Below are positions 19,090 to 28,933 of a stretch of DNA of 64,000 nucleotides, in pieces (the first letter of the stretch is position 1; each line of letters starts with the position of its first letter). The stretch comes from Saprospiraceae bacterium. GTDB lineage: Bacteria; Bacteroidota; Bacteroidia; Chitinophagales; Saprospiraceae. Made by a program: the position numbers and the translations under genes. Location of the stretch: positions 18 to 64,017 of the forward strand of contig JAWKLQ010000031.1 in the NCBI GenBank assembly GCA_041392665.1, read 5' to 3'. The notes beneath the pieces are model-generated. The model ran no database searches. It saw only the letters and a program-made list of their open reading frames with translations, and was not told the DNA's origin.

Positions 19090-19842
19090 TTAGCTCTTTT
19101 GAAATCCCAGATACTCCCCGATCTTGAAAGCCAGTATCTTTCCCCATTTCATCTTTCGGGGACTATAATGATTAAAGTAGCGACTAACTTCCCAGACCAG
19201 TCTTTTGCGTTTAAGGAAACTTTGTTTGGCGACAAAGGATTCCGGATGCTGCCGGTAAAAGGTAAGCGGTTCCTGCAAGATCCTCCGCCGGCCCCTGATA
19301 ATACTCTGTACGTGGATGCGGTTGTCGAACCAGATCAACCGGAATGCTTCGTTGATGGGGAACATGCTTGCCATAAACTCCCGCTCGGCCACCAGACAGC
19401 TGGTTGCGGCTATATAACCTACCATGAATCGCTCGCGTACATCTTCCAGGGTAGCCTCCGGAATATGCGGTTCACCGGGAGTATAGCTGTGGGCCAGCAG
19501 ATCAAAAGGTCGTTCCTGATATTCGCTTATTACTCTATCAACCTTGTGTGGTAAAAATGCATCGTCCCCATCCAGTAAAAAAATGAGCTGTCCGGTAGAG
19601 AGGTAGAAGGCCTCCTGGATACCATGTGCCTGATTGAGCATGGAGGTTTTTCCGTAATTGGGATGATGGATGAGTTTGGCTTCAGGAAATTTTGCGATCT
19701 CCTCTAAGGACTGATCGGTGCTTCCGTCGTCGTAAACGATCACTTCAATTTCGTGGGTAGTTTCCTGCCCGAAAGCACTCTCCAGGCATTCTCTTATGTA
19801 CGGTCCGTTGTTGTAGTTGTTGATCAGGATGCTAACCTTCAT
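19090..19842 (-). CDS. GT2 glycosyltransferase
   Basis: VSILINNYNNG, VYDDGSTD, LLDGDD and LTFYRQH. Confidence 0.92.
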   Translation of the reverse strand: MKVSILINNYNNGPYIRECLESAFGQETTHEIEVIVYDDGSTDQSLEEIAKFPEAKLIHHPNYGKTSMLNQAHGIQEAFYLSTGQLIFLLDGDDAFLPHKVDRVISEYQERPFDLLAHSYTPGEPHIPEATLEDVRERFMVGYIAATSCLVAEREFMASMFPINEAFRLIWFDNRIHVQSIIRGRRRILQEPLTFYRQHPESFVAKQSFLKRKRLVWEVSRYFNHYSPRKMKWGKILAFKIGEYLGFQKS

Positions 19843-19861
19843 GCGCTGTATTTAATTCACT

Positions 19862-21037
19862 CTACACCGTCAACCATCTCATCACATACACCAGGGCGAT
19901 ACTGACGATCAGTCCAAAAGTGACCTTTGCCAGATCCGATCCGATCATCCGGTAGGTGCGGTACATAGGATGCTCGGTACTCCTGGTTTCCAGAAAAGTG
20001 ACCAATGCCCGGACGATAATAGCCGCGGCAAAGGTATAAATGATCAGGTGGTTGTCACTAATGGGAATGGCTCCTTCCGGCTCCGCCATTACCAGATACA
20101 GGCTGTATCCCACAACATAAACGACAAAAGCCAGCACGATCACGTTGGTAACAACCGTGAGTGTACGATAGAGACTCGTGGAGGAGTAAGTCTCTTTTCC
20201 CAGTCGGTAACGGATGGCGATCTCCCGGCCAGCCAGTAAGCCCAGGAAGACCCAGGTGGTAGACATCGGTACATTGCTCAGCTCTTTGAAGAAGAGTAGG
20301 ATCAGCGCGTATAGAAAGTCGATGATGGTTGCTGACCGGATATCAACTGTATTGGTCTTGGCCTTGACGATCTGTTGAATGGCACCTCCTCGTGAGTAAA
20401 AAATGTAGCCCAACATGGCGAGTAGAACCAATAGTGAGAAGAGTAATTGGTTAAGCGTCAATGATCTCGGTAGGTAAACGTAAATATTGGCAAAATCCTG
20501 GATCAGCCACTGTCCCCAAAGGAAACCCGTAGAGCACCATTGCAAAACCGTCCAGATGCTTTTTTCGCGTGGAGTGATCGGGTTTTGGATGAACCGCCGA
20601 TCCAGAAAACGGGTGACAACCTGCCAGATCAGAATGGCGGCTGCAAAAGCCAGAACATAGCCCAAAACGGACTTCATGGTCATATCCAGCAGCCCCTTAG
20701 GCTTGAAGAAGGTAAGTATGAGGAAGGAGGTACTTACCGGAATACCCGTCCGGGTCAGCAACATGAGGACCAAGGGCGGTAATAGATAAGGCCAGCTTAG
20801 ATTCTCAATGAAAGCATAGGATTGCAATCTTCCGTATGATACATCACCCTGATAGTTGTTCCATCCGAGTATCAGCGTGAAAGCCAGAATACTTCCTGCG
20901 TAAAGCCACAACACATACCAGGACCGTTCTTCATTGGAAGAAAGAAAAGTGCCGAGTGTCTGAATACTGTCGTTACCCACTACGGAATAACCGGCCAGGA
21001 GAAATCCCAGCCACATGATCACCAATGAATAGTCCAT
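19862..21037 (-). CDS. Polytopic membrane protein, distant PiT/PHO4-type anion (phosphate) permease-like
   Basis: About 11 TM segments. GNDSIQTLG and QDFAN echo the PiT GAND/ND signature; PVSTS and PMSTT echo PiT PVSTT. ORF track starts at 21070. Confidence 0.55.
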   Translation of the reverse strand: MDYSLVIMWLGFLLAGYSVVGNDSIQTLGTFLSSNEERSWYVLWLYAGSILAFTLILGWNNYQGDVSYGRLQSYAFIENLSWPYLLPPLVLMLLTRTGIPVSTSFLILTFFKPKGLLDMTMKSVLGYVLAFAAAILIWQVVTRFLDRRFIQNPITPREKSIWTVLQWCSTGFLWGQWLIQDFANIYVYLPRSLTLNQLLFSLLVLLAMLGYIFYSRGGAIQQIVKAKTNTVDIRSATIIDFLYALILLFFKELSNVPMSTTWVFLGLLAGREIAIRYRLGKETYSSTSLYRTLTVVTNVIVLAFVVYVVGYSLYLVMAEPEGAIPISDNHLIIYTFAAAIIVRALVTFLETRSTEHPMYRTYRMIGSDLAKVTFGLIVSIALVYVMRWLTV

Positions 21038-21331
21038 TAAAGGTTGACTTGTTGTTATGGCTTTCTGCAAATCAAATAGAACACGGTATCTCCATATCGC
21101 CTTTTCAGATATCTGTTGCGGAAAGCGATTGCGCTAAAAATAAGGATTCGATTTTGATTTCCCGGGATTTGAAAGTTTACTTTTTTATTAATTCTAAGGC
21201 TGACGGCAAACGGTTTCCGATGAACTGTTATTGATGCATAAATCTTCGTTTCAGGTAGCACTTCTATGGTTTATCATGTTTAGCGCACCTCTGGCCGTCT
21301 ACTATGCTTTGATTACTGTGTTCAAGATGAA

Positions 21332-21372
21332 TAAGAGCCCTCCTGATCCAAATGGGCTCGGGAGGGCTCTTA
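21332..21372 (-). terminator. Intrinsic terminator after the TonB-dependent receptor gene
   Basis: TAAGAGCCCTCC...GGAGGGCTCTTA inverted repeat about 30 bp past the stop at 21403. Confidence 0.7.
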
Positions 21373-21402
21373 TACACATTAAACTAAAGCTTTTGCCCTG
21401 GA

Positions 21403-24289
21403 TTAGAACTTGTGGCTGATGCCCAATCCGATAGTTGTACCAGGATTAATGCTGTTAAAGATCTGGTCTCTGGCCTGATAAGACTGATAAAGGCTTTCAG
21501 TACGGTCATTCAGGATATTGGAAACCTGTAGATCAATAGAAGTATTTTGATCCTTGCCGAATTTCTTGGCAATGCTGAAATTGAGACTGTGGAAAGGTTG
21601 GAAATAAATATCCGGATAAAGACCGCCACCAACAATTTCCAGCGTCTTACCTTTTACGTTGTAGAACAAACCGGCATCCCATCCCTTGTCCTGATTAGCA
21701 TAAGCCAGACCGGCATTGATCACGAAAGGTGCCTGACCGGCCATCTGACGGGTATCGGCCAGATTCTCGCCGTTTCTTTCGAAATTCTTGCGGGCATTGA
21801 ATTCGGTATTCGTCATATCAATGATAGACTCTACGAACGTCACATTACCGCTGAAGCTCAGGTTCTCCAGAGAAGGAGAAATGAAGGCCAGCGTTTTACG
21901 GATTTCCAGTTCTACACCATACAAACGACCGTCACCTACGTTACGCGGCTGGAATTCGGTACTCGTCTGCTGTTCGGGAATGCGGACCAGTTCGATAGGA
22001 TTGTCGAACTGCTTGTAGAAAGTACTAATGGAAAACAGCTGACCACCTTCCTGGAATAACTCCCAGCGCAGGTCAAAGTTATTGATCCGGGTTTCGCTCA
22101 ATACACCGCCCCAGTCACCATAACTGAAAAGGGAACCGTTAAAGATCCGGTTGGTGATCGGGTCCAGGATCTGTGCGTAAGACAACTCTTTGAAAGAAGG
22201 CCGGGCGATGGTACGGGAATAAGAAGCCCGCAGGTTCTGATTGTCAGTGAGCGACAGGATAAGATTGGCCGTCGGGAAGAAATCCAGATTATCCAGTACT
22301 TTCTCGTTGTCCAGATTCTTACCGTTAGCTACATCTCCACTGGCATAAGCCTGGTCGCGGCCGGTATGGCGTTGCACAAAGTTCTCGGCTCTCACTCCAA
22401 TAATGGCCTTCAGGTTGTTGAAGGGCGTAAATTCATTGGAAACATAAAAGGCCGAATTGTTCACGTTAGATGAATAAGCGTTCGGGTTCGGAATGGGGTT
22501 ACCTGACTGAAAATAGATCCGATTGGGCCGGTTCGGGTAGATGTATTCGGGGCTCAATACTACCGATGGATCCGGATTCGGCCAATCCTGTCCGCCAAAG
22601 AACTGAACATCGAAGAACAGGATCTCGTAATCCCGCTCCTTATATACGTGGCTGCCCCCGAACTTGAACTTGGCATCCTCACCGTTGAATTCATAGCTCT
22701 TGGTCAGATCGAACTTGGCCACCGCGTTTACTTCGTTCCAGAGAGCGCCAGATCCGACTGAAGTTCCACCTGCCGGCAGAAAAGGTGCCGGCTGAAGTCT
22801 TGGTAAATGCTGTTTTACGAATATCAGGGTCATCCGAAGTGGAGAAAGTAGGAGACAGACGCCAGTCCAGTTCCCAACCAGATTCTTCTCCCCCCAGCAG
22901 GTGACGACCACCGAGGAAGAAGTTAGTCAGTGAACGTTCGTTGTATTCGAGGTTATGAGAGTTGGCGAAGTAGCCGGATTGTCCAACTGCTTCTCCGTCA
23001 TTATCGATATCAAAGATACCGGCGCGGTTTTCACCGTTTTGCAAACGCATGGCCGTTAAACGGATCTTACTATTGGCCGTTTTGTAAGCCAGGCCGCCCA
23101 AAGCGCCGATCAATACGCTCTGCTCACCTATCTGACCGTTCTGGATAGTCGCGTAACGCAATTCATACTGGCTTGGATCACTATAGCGTTGATATTCGCT
23201 GTAGATCACATCATCGTAATACTTGTATCCGTTCTTGTAGGACAGAGAGAAAATATATCCGAATTTCTTATCGGCGCTCAGATCTAACTGGTTGCCAAGG
23301 GAGATCCCTGCACTGTAATCAATAAAGCTGCTTTTGCGTTGTGCACCCAATACCGGGCTGAAACTGCGCACAAACTGATTCACCTGATCATCCGAAGCCC
23401 CACTGATCGGAGTCGGTATGTTCTCGGCATCGGCTCCTGCGGGCAGCGCTCTGGTGCCGTCATCATAACCCAACCAGTCGGTATTACCGCCTTCATAGGT
23501 CAGCCAATCCTTATTGAAGTGCATATTGGGGTTGTACGAAGTACTCAGCGATACGCTGAAGATCTTTTCTTCCGGAAAATCTTTCGTTTCAATATTCATT
23601 AGGCCCCCGGTAAAGTCGGCCGGCATATCAGCTGTAAAGTTTTTGCTTACCACCAGGTTATCCAGCAAAGTGGTGGGGAAAATGTCCATTTGCAGGGTAT
23701 TACGGTCGGGGTCCAGGCCCGGGATTTCCACGCCATTTAGGGTTGTTTTGGAGTAGCGGTCACCCAAGCCGCGAACATATACATACTTTCCTCCTTCTAT
23801 AGAAACTCCGGTCACCCGCTTAGCCGCTTCAACGGCAGTGGCGTCACCGGTCAATTGCATTCTGGAAGAGGAAATACCGTCCACCATGGCCGGAGCTTGT
23901 TTTTTGAGCAGTAGGAGCGCTGTTTCGGTCTTGCGAATGGCACTGGCCTTTACCACTACCTCGTTGAGGGTCACATTGTCTTCAGATAATGTGATCTCTC
24001 CCAAAGCAGTCACCTCGCCGGCAGCCACTTCAATGTCTTCAATGGTTAAGGTTTGAAAACCGATATAAGTAATCTGAATAGCGTAAGTACCTGGAGCTAC
24101 CTGAATGGCAAATGCACCGTCCAGGTCGGTTACAGATCCTATGGATGCATCGTCCTTGAGGGTTACGTTGGCACCAATAACCGTCAGTCCTGAACCTGCC
24201 TCAATAATAGTACCGCGAATGGTACCGTTTTGTGCAGAGATGGCAGAAACAAAAAAAGAGAAAACTAAAATAGTGAGTATTCGCCTCAT
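21403..24289 (-). pseudogene. TonB-dependent receptor (CarboxypepD_reg-like N-domain, plug, barrel) split by a frameshift near 22735-22780; true pseudogene or sequencing error
   Basis: ORF 22691-24367 (start MRRILT at 24289) carries the plug motif YVYVRGLGDRY. ORF 21403-22911 carries the barrel and C-terminal GISHKF. Sense reading switches frame at SRIWRSL / EVNAVAKFDL. Confidence 0.85.
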
Positions 24290-24373
24290 CTGATATAAAG
24301 TATTAAAAATTGAGAATGAGAAGGCCTGCCATTTATGGGGAGACCTTCTCATTTTATGTAGGTTCACCCTTTA

Positions 24374-24505
24374 GTGACGGAGCAAAAATAAATGAACCAA
24401 TTGTAGGTTTTTAATATTTCGTTAAGCCATTGACTATCAGGAGATGGTGTGCGAAATTTTCAAAACCTCTAGAAAAAATTGGTTCATTTATTTCCGTCAA
24501 ATTAC
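24374..24505 (+). mobile_element. 132-bp MITE, copy 3
   Basis: Flanked by TTA on both sides (24371-24373, 24506-24508); nearly identical to the reverse complement of copy 4. Confidence 0.92.
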
Positions 24506-24540
24506 TTATTGAGTTCCCCTCGGAATATTAAGAGACTATC

Positions 24541-26016
24541 TTAAAAACCGTCCAGTGTACCACTTTCAACTGCCCAGGTCCAGCTAAAGCCGGTCAGGTC
24601 AGCAGTGGGTGCACCACCGGCAACGATACCTGCAGGGATCGGAGTGCCATTTACGTGGCTGCCCAGTTCGTCGGCCGGAACATCCAACATGATGTTAGTG
24701 TAGAATACCAGAGGAGCGGTGATCCGGTTGATCATCTGTCCGTCGTTAATACCCGTAATGAAAATGTTTTCCAGGGTAACCTCTGTATTAGCATCGGTAT
24801 TGATCAGGTCTTCAGACGGACGATCAGCCGTACTGGCAATAACCAGACCATTTTTAATCGTATGACTTCCATGAGCAGTTCCTTCCGGACCGTCAAGCTC
24901 GAAGCAGTGACCTGCAGGTGCAATTACTACGAAGTTGTCCAACGTACCAGCCCAGGCCTGGTCGGTGTCAACACCGTCATCACCAACGTTCCAGGAGATC
25001 AGGTTGGTAACATTTACTGTACCACCGAAGAATTCGATAGCATCATCCTGGTTGGATACGATCTCCACATTATCGATAACCGTACCGCTACCAACACCAC
25101 CCAGAGACAGGCCGTTGATCTCGTTACCGGAACCGATGTTAGTACCGCCGTGGCGGATGGAAACATACTTGAATACACCAGAGTTGTCGGCGGGATCATC
25201 ACCACCGTACAGACCATTGGTATCAGAAGTCGGGATACCTTCGATCTGAACTTCACTTACATCTTCGTCATTGTCATTAGAAGCAGAGATCGGGGCTTTA
25301 CCCAGAATGATCACACCACCCCAAAGACCGTTGATTACCGGATCGAGGTTCGGGCTGGCGTAGTTGCCGGCAGCGATATCTTCACCGGTGATCTCATCGG
25401 CAACAGAGGTGAAAATGATCGGCAGTTCAGCTGTACCTTCAGCCATGATCGTACCCCCACGGGCGATCAGCAGCGCCGTAGCATTAGCTGCAGCACCGGC
25501 CTGGCCTTTGATCACGGTACCCGGCTCGATGGTCAGGGTTACACCGTCTACAACGGTAATACGGCCACCCAGGATGTAGGTTTTGTCGGCCGTCCAGGTT
25601 GCATCAGCCGTAATATTGCTGGTCAGCAGAATTTCATTGGGATCTTCAGCGATGTTGATCACAGCAGTAGCCTGATCAGATTGACCTTCAGAGTCAGTTA
25701 CTTTCAGAGTGATAGCCGCAGCACCGGCAGTTGTACCGGCGTCATAGTTGACAGTTACAGAAGAGCCACTTACAGAACCTGAACCGTTAGTTACCGTTAC
25801 GCCAGAACCGGTTGCAGTGTACGTAGCAGTCAAGGCAGCATCGACGCTAACGGTGAAAGTGAGAGACTGACCGGTAGCTCCATTCTCTACGTTCTGTACA
25901 CCAGAAGGTGCCGTTACAGTAGGTTGGTCGTAAGTAGTAGCCGGATCGTCTTTTTTACAGGATGTATAAAGAAGTACAGCAAAGAGCAAAAATAAGCTCG
26001 ATAATTTAAGTTTCAT
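24541..26016 (-). CDS. Lipoprotein with Ig-like N-domain and right-handed beta-helix domain (TBDT-associated family)
   Basis: Lipobox YTSCKKDD; motifs TLTIEPGTVIK, PIIFTS, WGGVIILG, NSGVFKYVSIRHGG, EINGL, DDAIEFFGG and DDGVDTDQ. Confidence 0.85.
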   Translation of the reverse strand: MKLKLSSLFLLFAVLLYTSCKKDDPATTYDQPTVTAPSGVQNVENGATGQSLTFTVSVDAALTATYTATGSGVTVTNGSGSVSGSSVTVNYDAGTTAGAAAITLKVTDSEGQSDQATAVINIAEDPNEILLTSNITADATWTADKTYILGGRITVVDGVTLTIEPGTVIKGQAGAAANATALLIARGGTIMAEGTAELPIIFTSVADEITGEDIAAGNYASPNLDPVINGLWGGVIILGKAPISASNDNDEDVSEVQIEGIPTSDTNGLYGGDDPADNSGVFKYVSIRHGGTNIGSGNEINGLSLGGVGSGTVIDNVEIVSNQDDAIEFFGGTVNVTNLISWNVGDDGVDTDQAWAGTLDNFVVIAPAGHCFELDGPEGTAHGSHTIKNGLVIASTADRPSEDLINTDANTEVTLENIFITGINDGQMINRITAPLVFYTNIMLDVPADELGSHVNGTPIPAGIVAGGAPTADLTGFSWTWAVESGTLDGF

Positions 26017-26073
26017 ACAATGATATTTTTGGTTGATCATAATTCGGCGCAAATGTCTCTACCACGCAATAAT

Positions 26074-26105
26074 CAAAGATTACGTGAACATTAATTCTTT
26101 GTTAA
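26074..26105 (-). promoter_or_regulatory. Three 11-bp-periodic boxes (OmpR/PhoB-type site) next to a -7-like box
   Basis: Minus strand reads TTAACA-aagaa-TTAATG-ttcac-GTAATC-TTTG; AATCTTTG is a near match to TAnnTTTG, about 60 bp before the lipoprotein ATG. Confidence 0.45.
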
Positions 26106-26280
26106 GTCATTCAGGGCTCGAAAGGTGTGGGATTATGGTAGGTTCTATTGGTGTAGGTTCGGAGGATCTTAGATTTGTTAGTAGCGTTTCAAATTCGGGG
26201 CAAAATTCGCACGACTATATGAACTGAGAATTAAAGCGGTGTTAAGTAATTGTAAATAAAACACTAACTTTTCACGGCCA

Positions 26281-26436
26281 CTTCGTTGACGACCGTTCAC
26301 TGCGCTCCCCGACACTGCGTGTATGGAGCAGGCACTGACGGACGATGCGATTTTCAGTGCGCCTGACGGCCGGCATGCTTCCGCAAAAGCTTCAGCGATA
26401 TGCGGGCGTCAGGCACGACAAGGGAGTGCCGTCCGT
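26281..26436 (-). repeat. CCGTCAG mosaic repeat, copy D (directly after the aceK stop)
   Basis: The reverse complement of 26333-26372 (GGCCGTCAGGCGCACTGAAAATCGCATCGTCCGTCAG) matches 41351-41387 and 42521-42558. Confidence 0.7.
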
Positions 26437-28182
26437 CTAAGAAGGGGATTGCGTATCCTTATAAACTTTGGAAAAGCGCAGGCGTTGCCGGTAAGGATAA
26501 ATATCTACCAGCTCTCCCCGCTTGAGCATATTCTGTACGCCGATCCAGTATTTGGCGGTGAACAGATCGCCGTGCAGGCGCTGAAAGATCTCCCGGATCT
26601 CTCGCCGGCCGATCAGAAAGCGGGGGAATTCCTCGGGAAAAACGTCGTTGGGCCCCACCGAGTACCAGGGTTCTCCAGACATTTCCTGTTCCAGATCGCG
26701 GGCTGGGGGAATGACCCGGAAATTATAATCGGTCAGGAAACCGATCTCATCGTAATCATAGAATACCACTCTTCTCAATCTCGTCACACCGAAATTTTTG
26801 AGGAGCATGTCACCCGGGAAGATGTTAACCGCCGCCATTTGTTTGATGGCTTTGCCGTATTCGTTGATCACATCTTCGGCTTCTTCCAGACTGGCTTTTT
26901 CCAGATATAGGTTGAGCGGGATCATTCGTTTTTCCACGTAGAGATGGGTGATCTCGATATGCTGATCGGTTAGCTTGATCTTGGAAGGGGCATCTTCAAG
27001 AAGTTCCTCGATCAATTCTTCGGAGAAACGGGAACGTTCAAATACAAAGTTTTCGAACATATGACTGTCGGCCATGCGTCCTACACGGTCGTGCGATGAT
27101 ACAAGGGTGTACTTCTCCTTGACTTCCTTTTCCGTGACTTTTTTCGGTGCAGGGAATCTATCCTTGATCACTTTGAAAACAAAAGGGTAGGAGGGAAGTG
27201 TAAATACGATCATCACCAGCCCTTTGATACCCGGTGCACTGATGAAAGAATCCTCCGTCATAAACAAATGCCGGAGAAAGTCGCGGAACATGACGGTCTT
27301 TCCGTGTTTTTCGAATCCGATAGAGTTATACAATTCACCCATGCTCTTGGTGGGCAGAATGGTGCGCAGAAAATCCACCATTTCACTGGCAATATCGGTA
27401 TCTGTCAAAAAGTAAGAGCGGTTATAGCCAAAAATAGAACTGACATCATTCTTCTCCAGCAGGACGGTGTCGGCAAAAATACCGTTCTCTTTGTGCAGAA
27501 GCGGAATGACCAACGGGCGAATGTGTTCATTCAGTACCAGACGTCCAACAATATAGGCGGCTTTGTTCCGAAAGAAAATGGATTTCAAGAGTTCGATCCG
27601 GGAAGTATTGCCGGTGAAATTCAGTGATTTGAGTTTCCGCTCCAGCGTATCCGAAACATAGAACACATCCCGGTCCAGATCCTCAAAAGGAGCGTCGAAA
27701 GGATAAAATGCAAATAACTGCCGGATCGTATGGTGGAAGGGCTGGATCAGATGCAGGGTATGATAGATGGGAATACGGGATTTGAATTCGCGATACGTAC
27801 CGGTGGCTTCCACATACATCAGTTCTTCATCTACGCTCAAGCCCTTATGACTGTGGCGGTATACTGAATTGTAGTACGTCTCGGCAATGTTCCGGCTATT
27901 GAAATTGAAGATCTCCTCCGTGAACATTTGTTTGACCAGTTTCCAGGTATCCCGGTTGTGATGACGCACTCCCAGAAACTCCAATACTTTTTCCGTGGTC
28001 GCACCAACACTGTCCCGATAGAGGGTTACCCGCTCGTTGGAATCGGCCTGTATGCCCTTCCAGTCTCTCCTTTCGAACCGGATCTTAGCCCGCTTGGTAA
28101 TCCGCTTGTATTCCCGGTGATAGGCAGAATAGTCTGCCAGGATAATGTGGGCAACGTCGTAGGGTATTAACTTCTCAAACAT
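26437..28182 (-). CDS. aceK: Isocitrate dehydrogenase kinase/phosphatase
   Basis: AETYYNSV, IFFRNKAAYIVG, APGIKGLVMIVF, VFKVIKDRF, HDRVGRMAD, NIFPGDMLLKNFGVTR..RVVFYDYDEI and NDVFPEEF. Confidence 0.96.
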   Translation of the reverse strand: MFEKLIPYDVAHIILADYSAYHREYKRITKRAKIRFERRDWKGIQADSNERVTLYRDSVGATTEKVLEFLGVRHHNRDTWKLVKQMFTEEIFNFNSRNIAETYYNSVYRHSHKGLSVDEELMYVEATGTYREFKSRIPIYHTLHLIQPFHHTIRQLFAFYPFDAPFEDLDRDVFYVSDTLERKLKSLNFTGNTSRIELLKSIFFRNKAAYIVGRLVLNEHIRPLVIPLLHKENGIFADTVLLEKNDVSSIFGYNRSYFLTDTDIASEMVDFLRTILPTKSMGELYNSIGFEKHGKTVMFRDFLRHLFMTEDSFISAPGIKGLVMIVFTLPSYPFVFKVIKDRFPAPKKVTEKEVKEKYTLVSSHDRVGRMADSHMFENFVFERSRFSEELIEELLEDAPSKIKLTDQHIEITHLYVEKRMIPLNLYLEKASLEEAEDVINEYGKAIKQMAAVNIFPGDMLLKNFGVTRLRRVVFYDYDEIGFLTDYNFRVIPPARDLEQEMSGEPWYSVGPNDVFPEEFPRFLIGRREIREIFQRLHGDLFTAKYWIGVQNMLKRGELVDIYPYRQRLRFSKVYKDTQSPS

Positions 28183-28237
28183 ATTATATTAGGACTTGGT
28201 GCTTGGTATTGGGTATCCAGACGTTCTAAGGGTGAGT

Positions 28238-28684
28238 TTATCTCAAGGAAGCAAACCATTCAGCTAGTTCCCGGCGGTCAGCTTCGCTTAGCTTGGCTTC
28301 CCCGTGGACTATGGTATACGAAGATAAAGGCATTTCTCCTTCTTCTACCTCCTCCTCACATTCTTCCAGTTTATGATCCTGTTTTTCGGCATCGTATTCC
28401 GCCCAGACGGAAAAGTTGAGGTGTTTCCTTCCTTCGTTTATGTGGCGACGTATCCACCAGCTGATAGGGGCCACACTGGTATACCAGGGATAAGCCGTTT
28501 CATTGGAATGACAGTCGTAGCAGGCATCTCGCAGCACCTGCTGTAAGTGTTCCGGAGGCTGGGCCAATACGATAAAGTCCTGATCTTTCAAGACCGGAGG
28601 ATTAGTTTTATCGATCTGAAACAGTTGCATGATCACAAAAACAGCGGCTAGTCCAAGTAAAGTATTTTTCAGTTTTTTTGACAT
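28238..28684 (-). CDS. Haem-binding domain protein (Haem_bd, c-type cytochrome)
   Basis: ACYDCHSN CxxCH motif, YPWY, HINEGRKHLNFS and MPLSSY..H.EA.LS. Confidence 0.9.
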   Translation of the reverse strand: MSKKLKNTLLGLAAVFVIMQLFQIDKTNPPVLKDQDFIVLAQPPEHLQQVLRDACYDCHSNETAYPWYTSVAPISWWIRRHINEGRKHLNFSVWAEYDAEKQDHKLEECEEEVEEGEMPLSSYTIVHGEAKLSEADRRELAEWFASLR

Positions 28685-28933
28685 ATGAAGTTGGAATTTT
28701 GCGAAAAATTAAGGACTTGATCAAGGAATGCCTTAATAAATTTGAAGCATAGCCTCCTGACGCATAAGGCCGGGAGGCAAGTCTTTAGCTTTACATGGCA
28801 ATAATACTAAATGTCTAAACGTCTCAGGGCTTATTTATCTTTTTAGACATTAATTGCAAATATTTGGTTAATCGTCTAGACCTGTCCGGAAAGACTGCCG
28901 AAATTTTAACATTTTTGCGGAGCGTAGTTTTTT

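Noticed and set aside
21231-21419. 62-aa hydrophobic ORF between the TonB receptor and the permease
   Set aside because: It is on the opposite strand to both neighbours, runs through the terminator hairpin and overlaps the receptor stop; no other support.
22691-22911. Programmed ribosomal frameshift or phase variation in the TonB receptor
   Set aside because: No slippery heptamer or homopolymer tract at the junction, and several indels appear to be involved.
24655-25782. 375-aa plus-strand ORF antisense to the beta-helix lipoprotein
   Set aside because: Same shadow pattern, with no recognisable domain, signal peptide or promoter.
26323-26910. 195-aa ORF overlapping the aceK 3' end and repeat copy D
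   Set aside because: Mostly antisense to aceK; its N-terminus is translated repeat DNA.
28810-28851. Inverted repeat AATGTCTAAA-N22-TTTAGACATT between the divergent haem-protein and lnt genes
   Set aside because: Possibly an operator, but it is single, AT-rich and matches no regulator site I can name.
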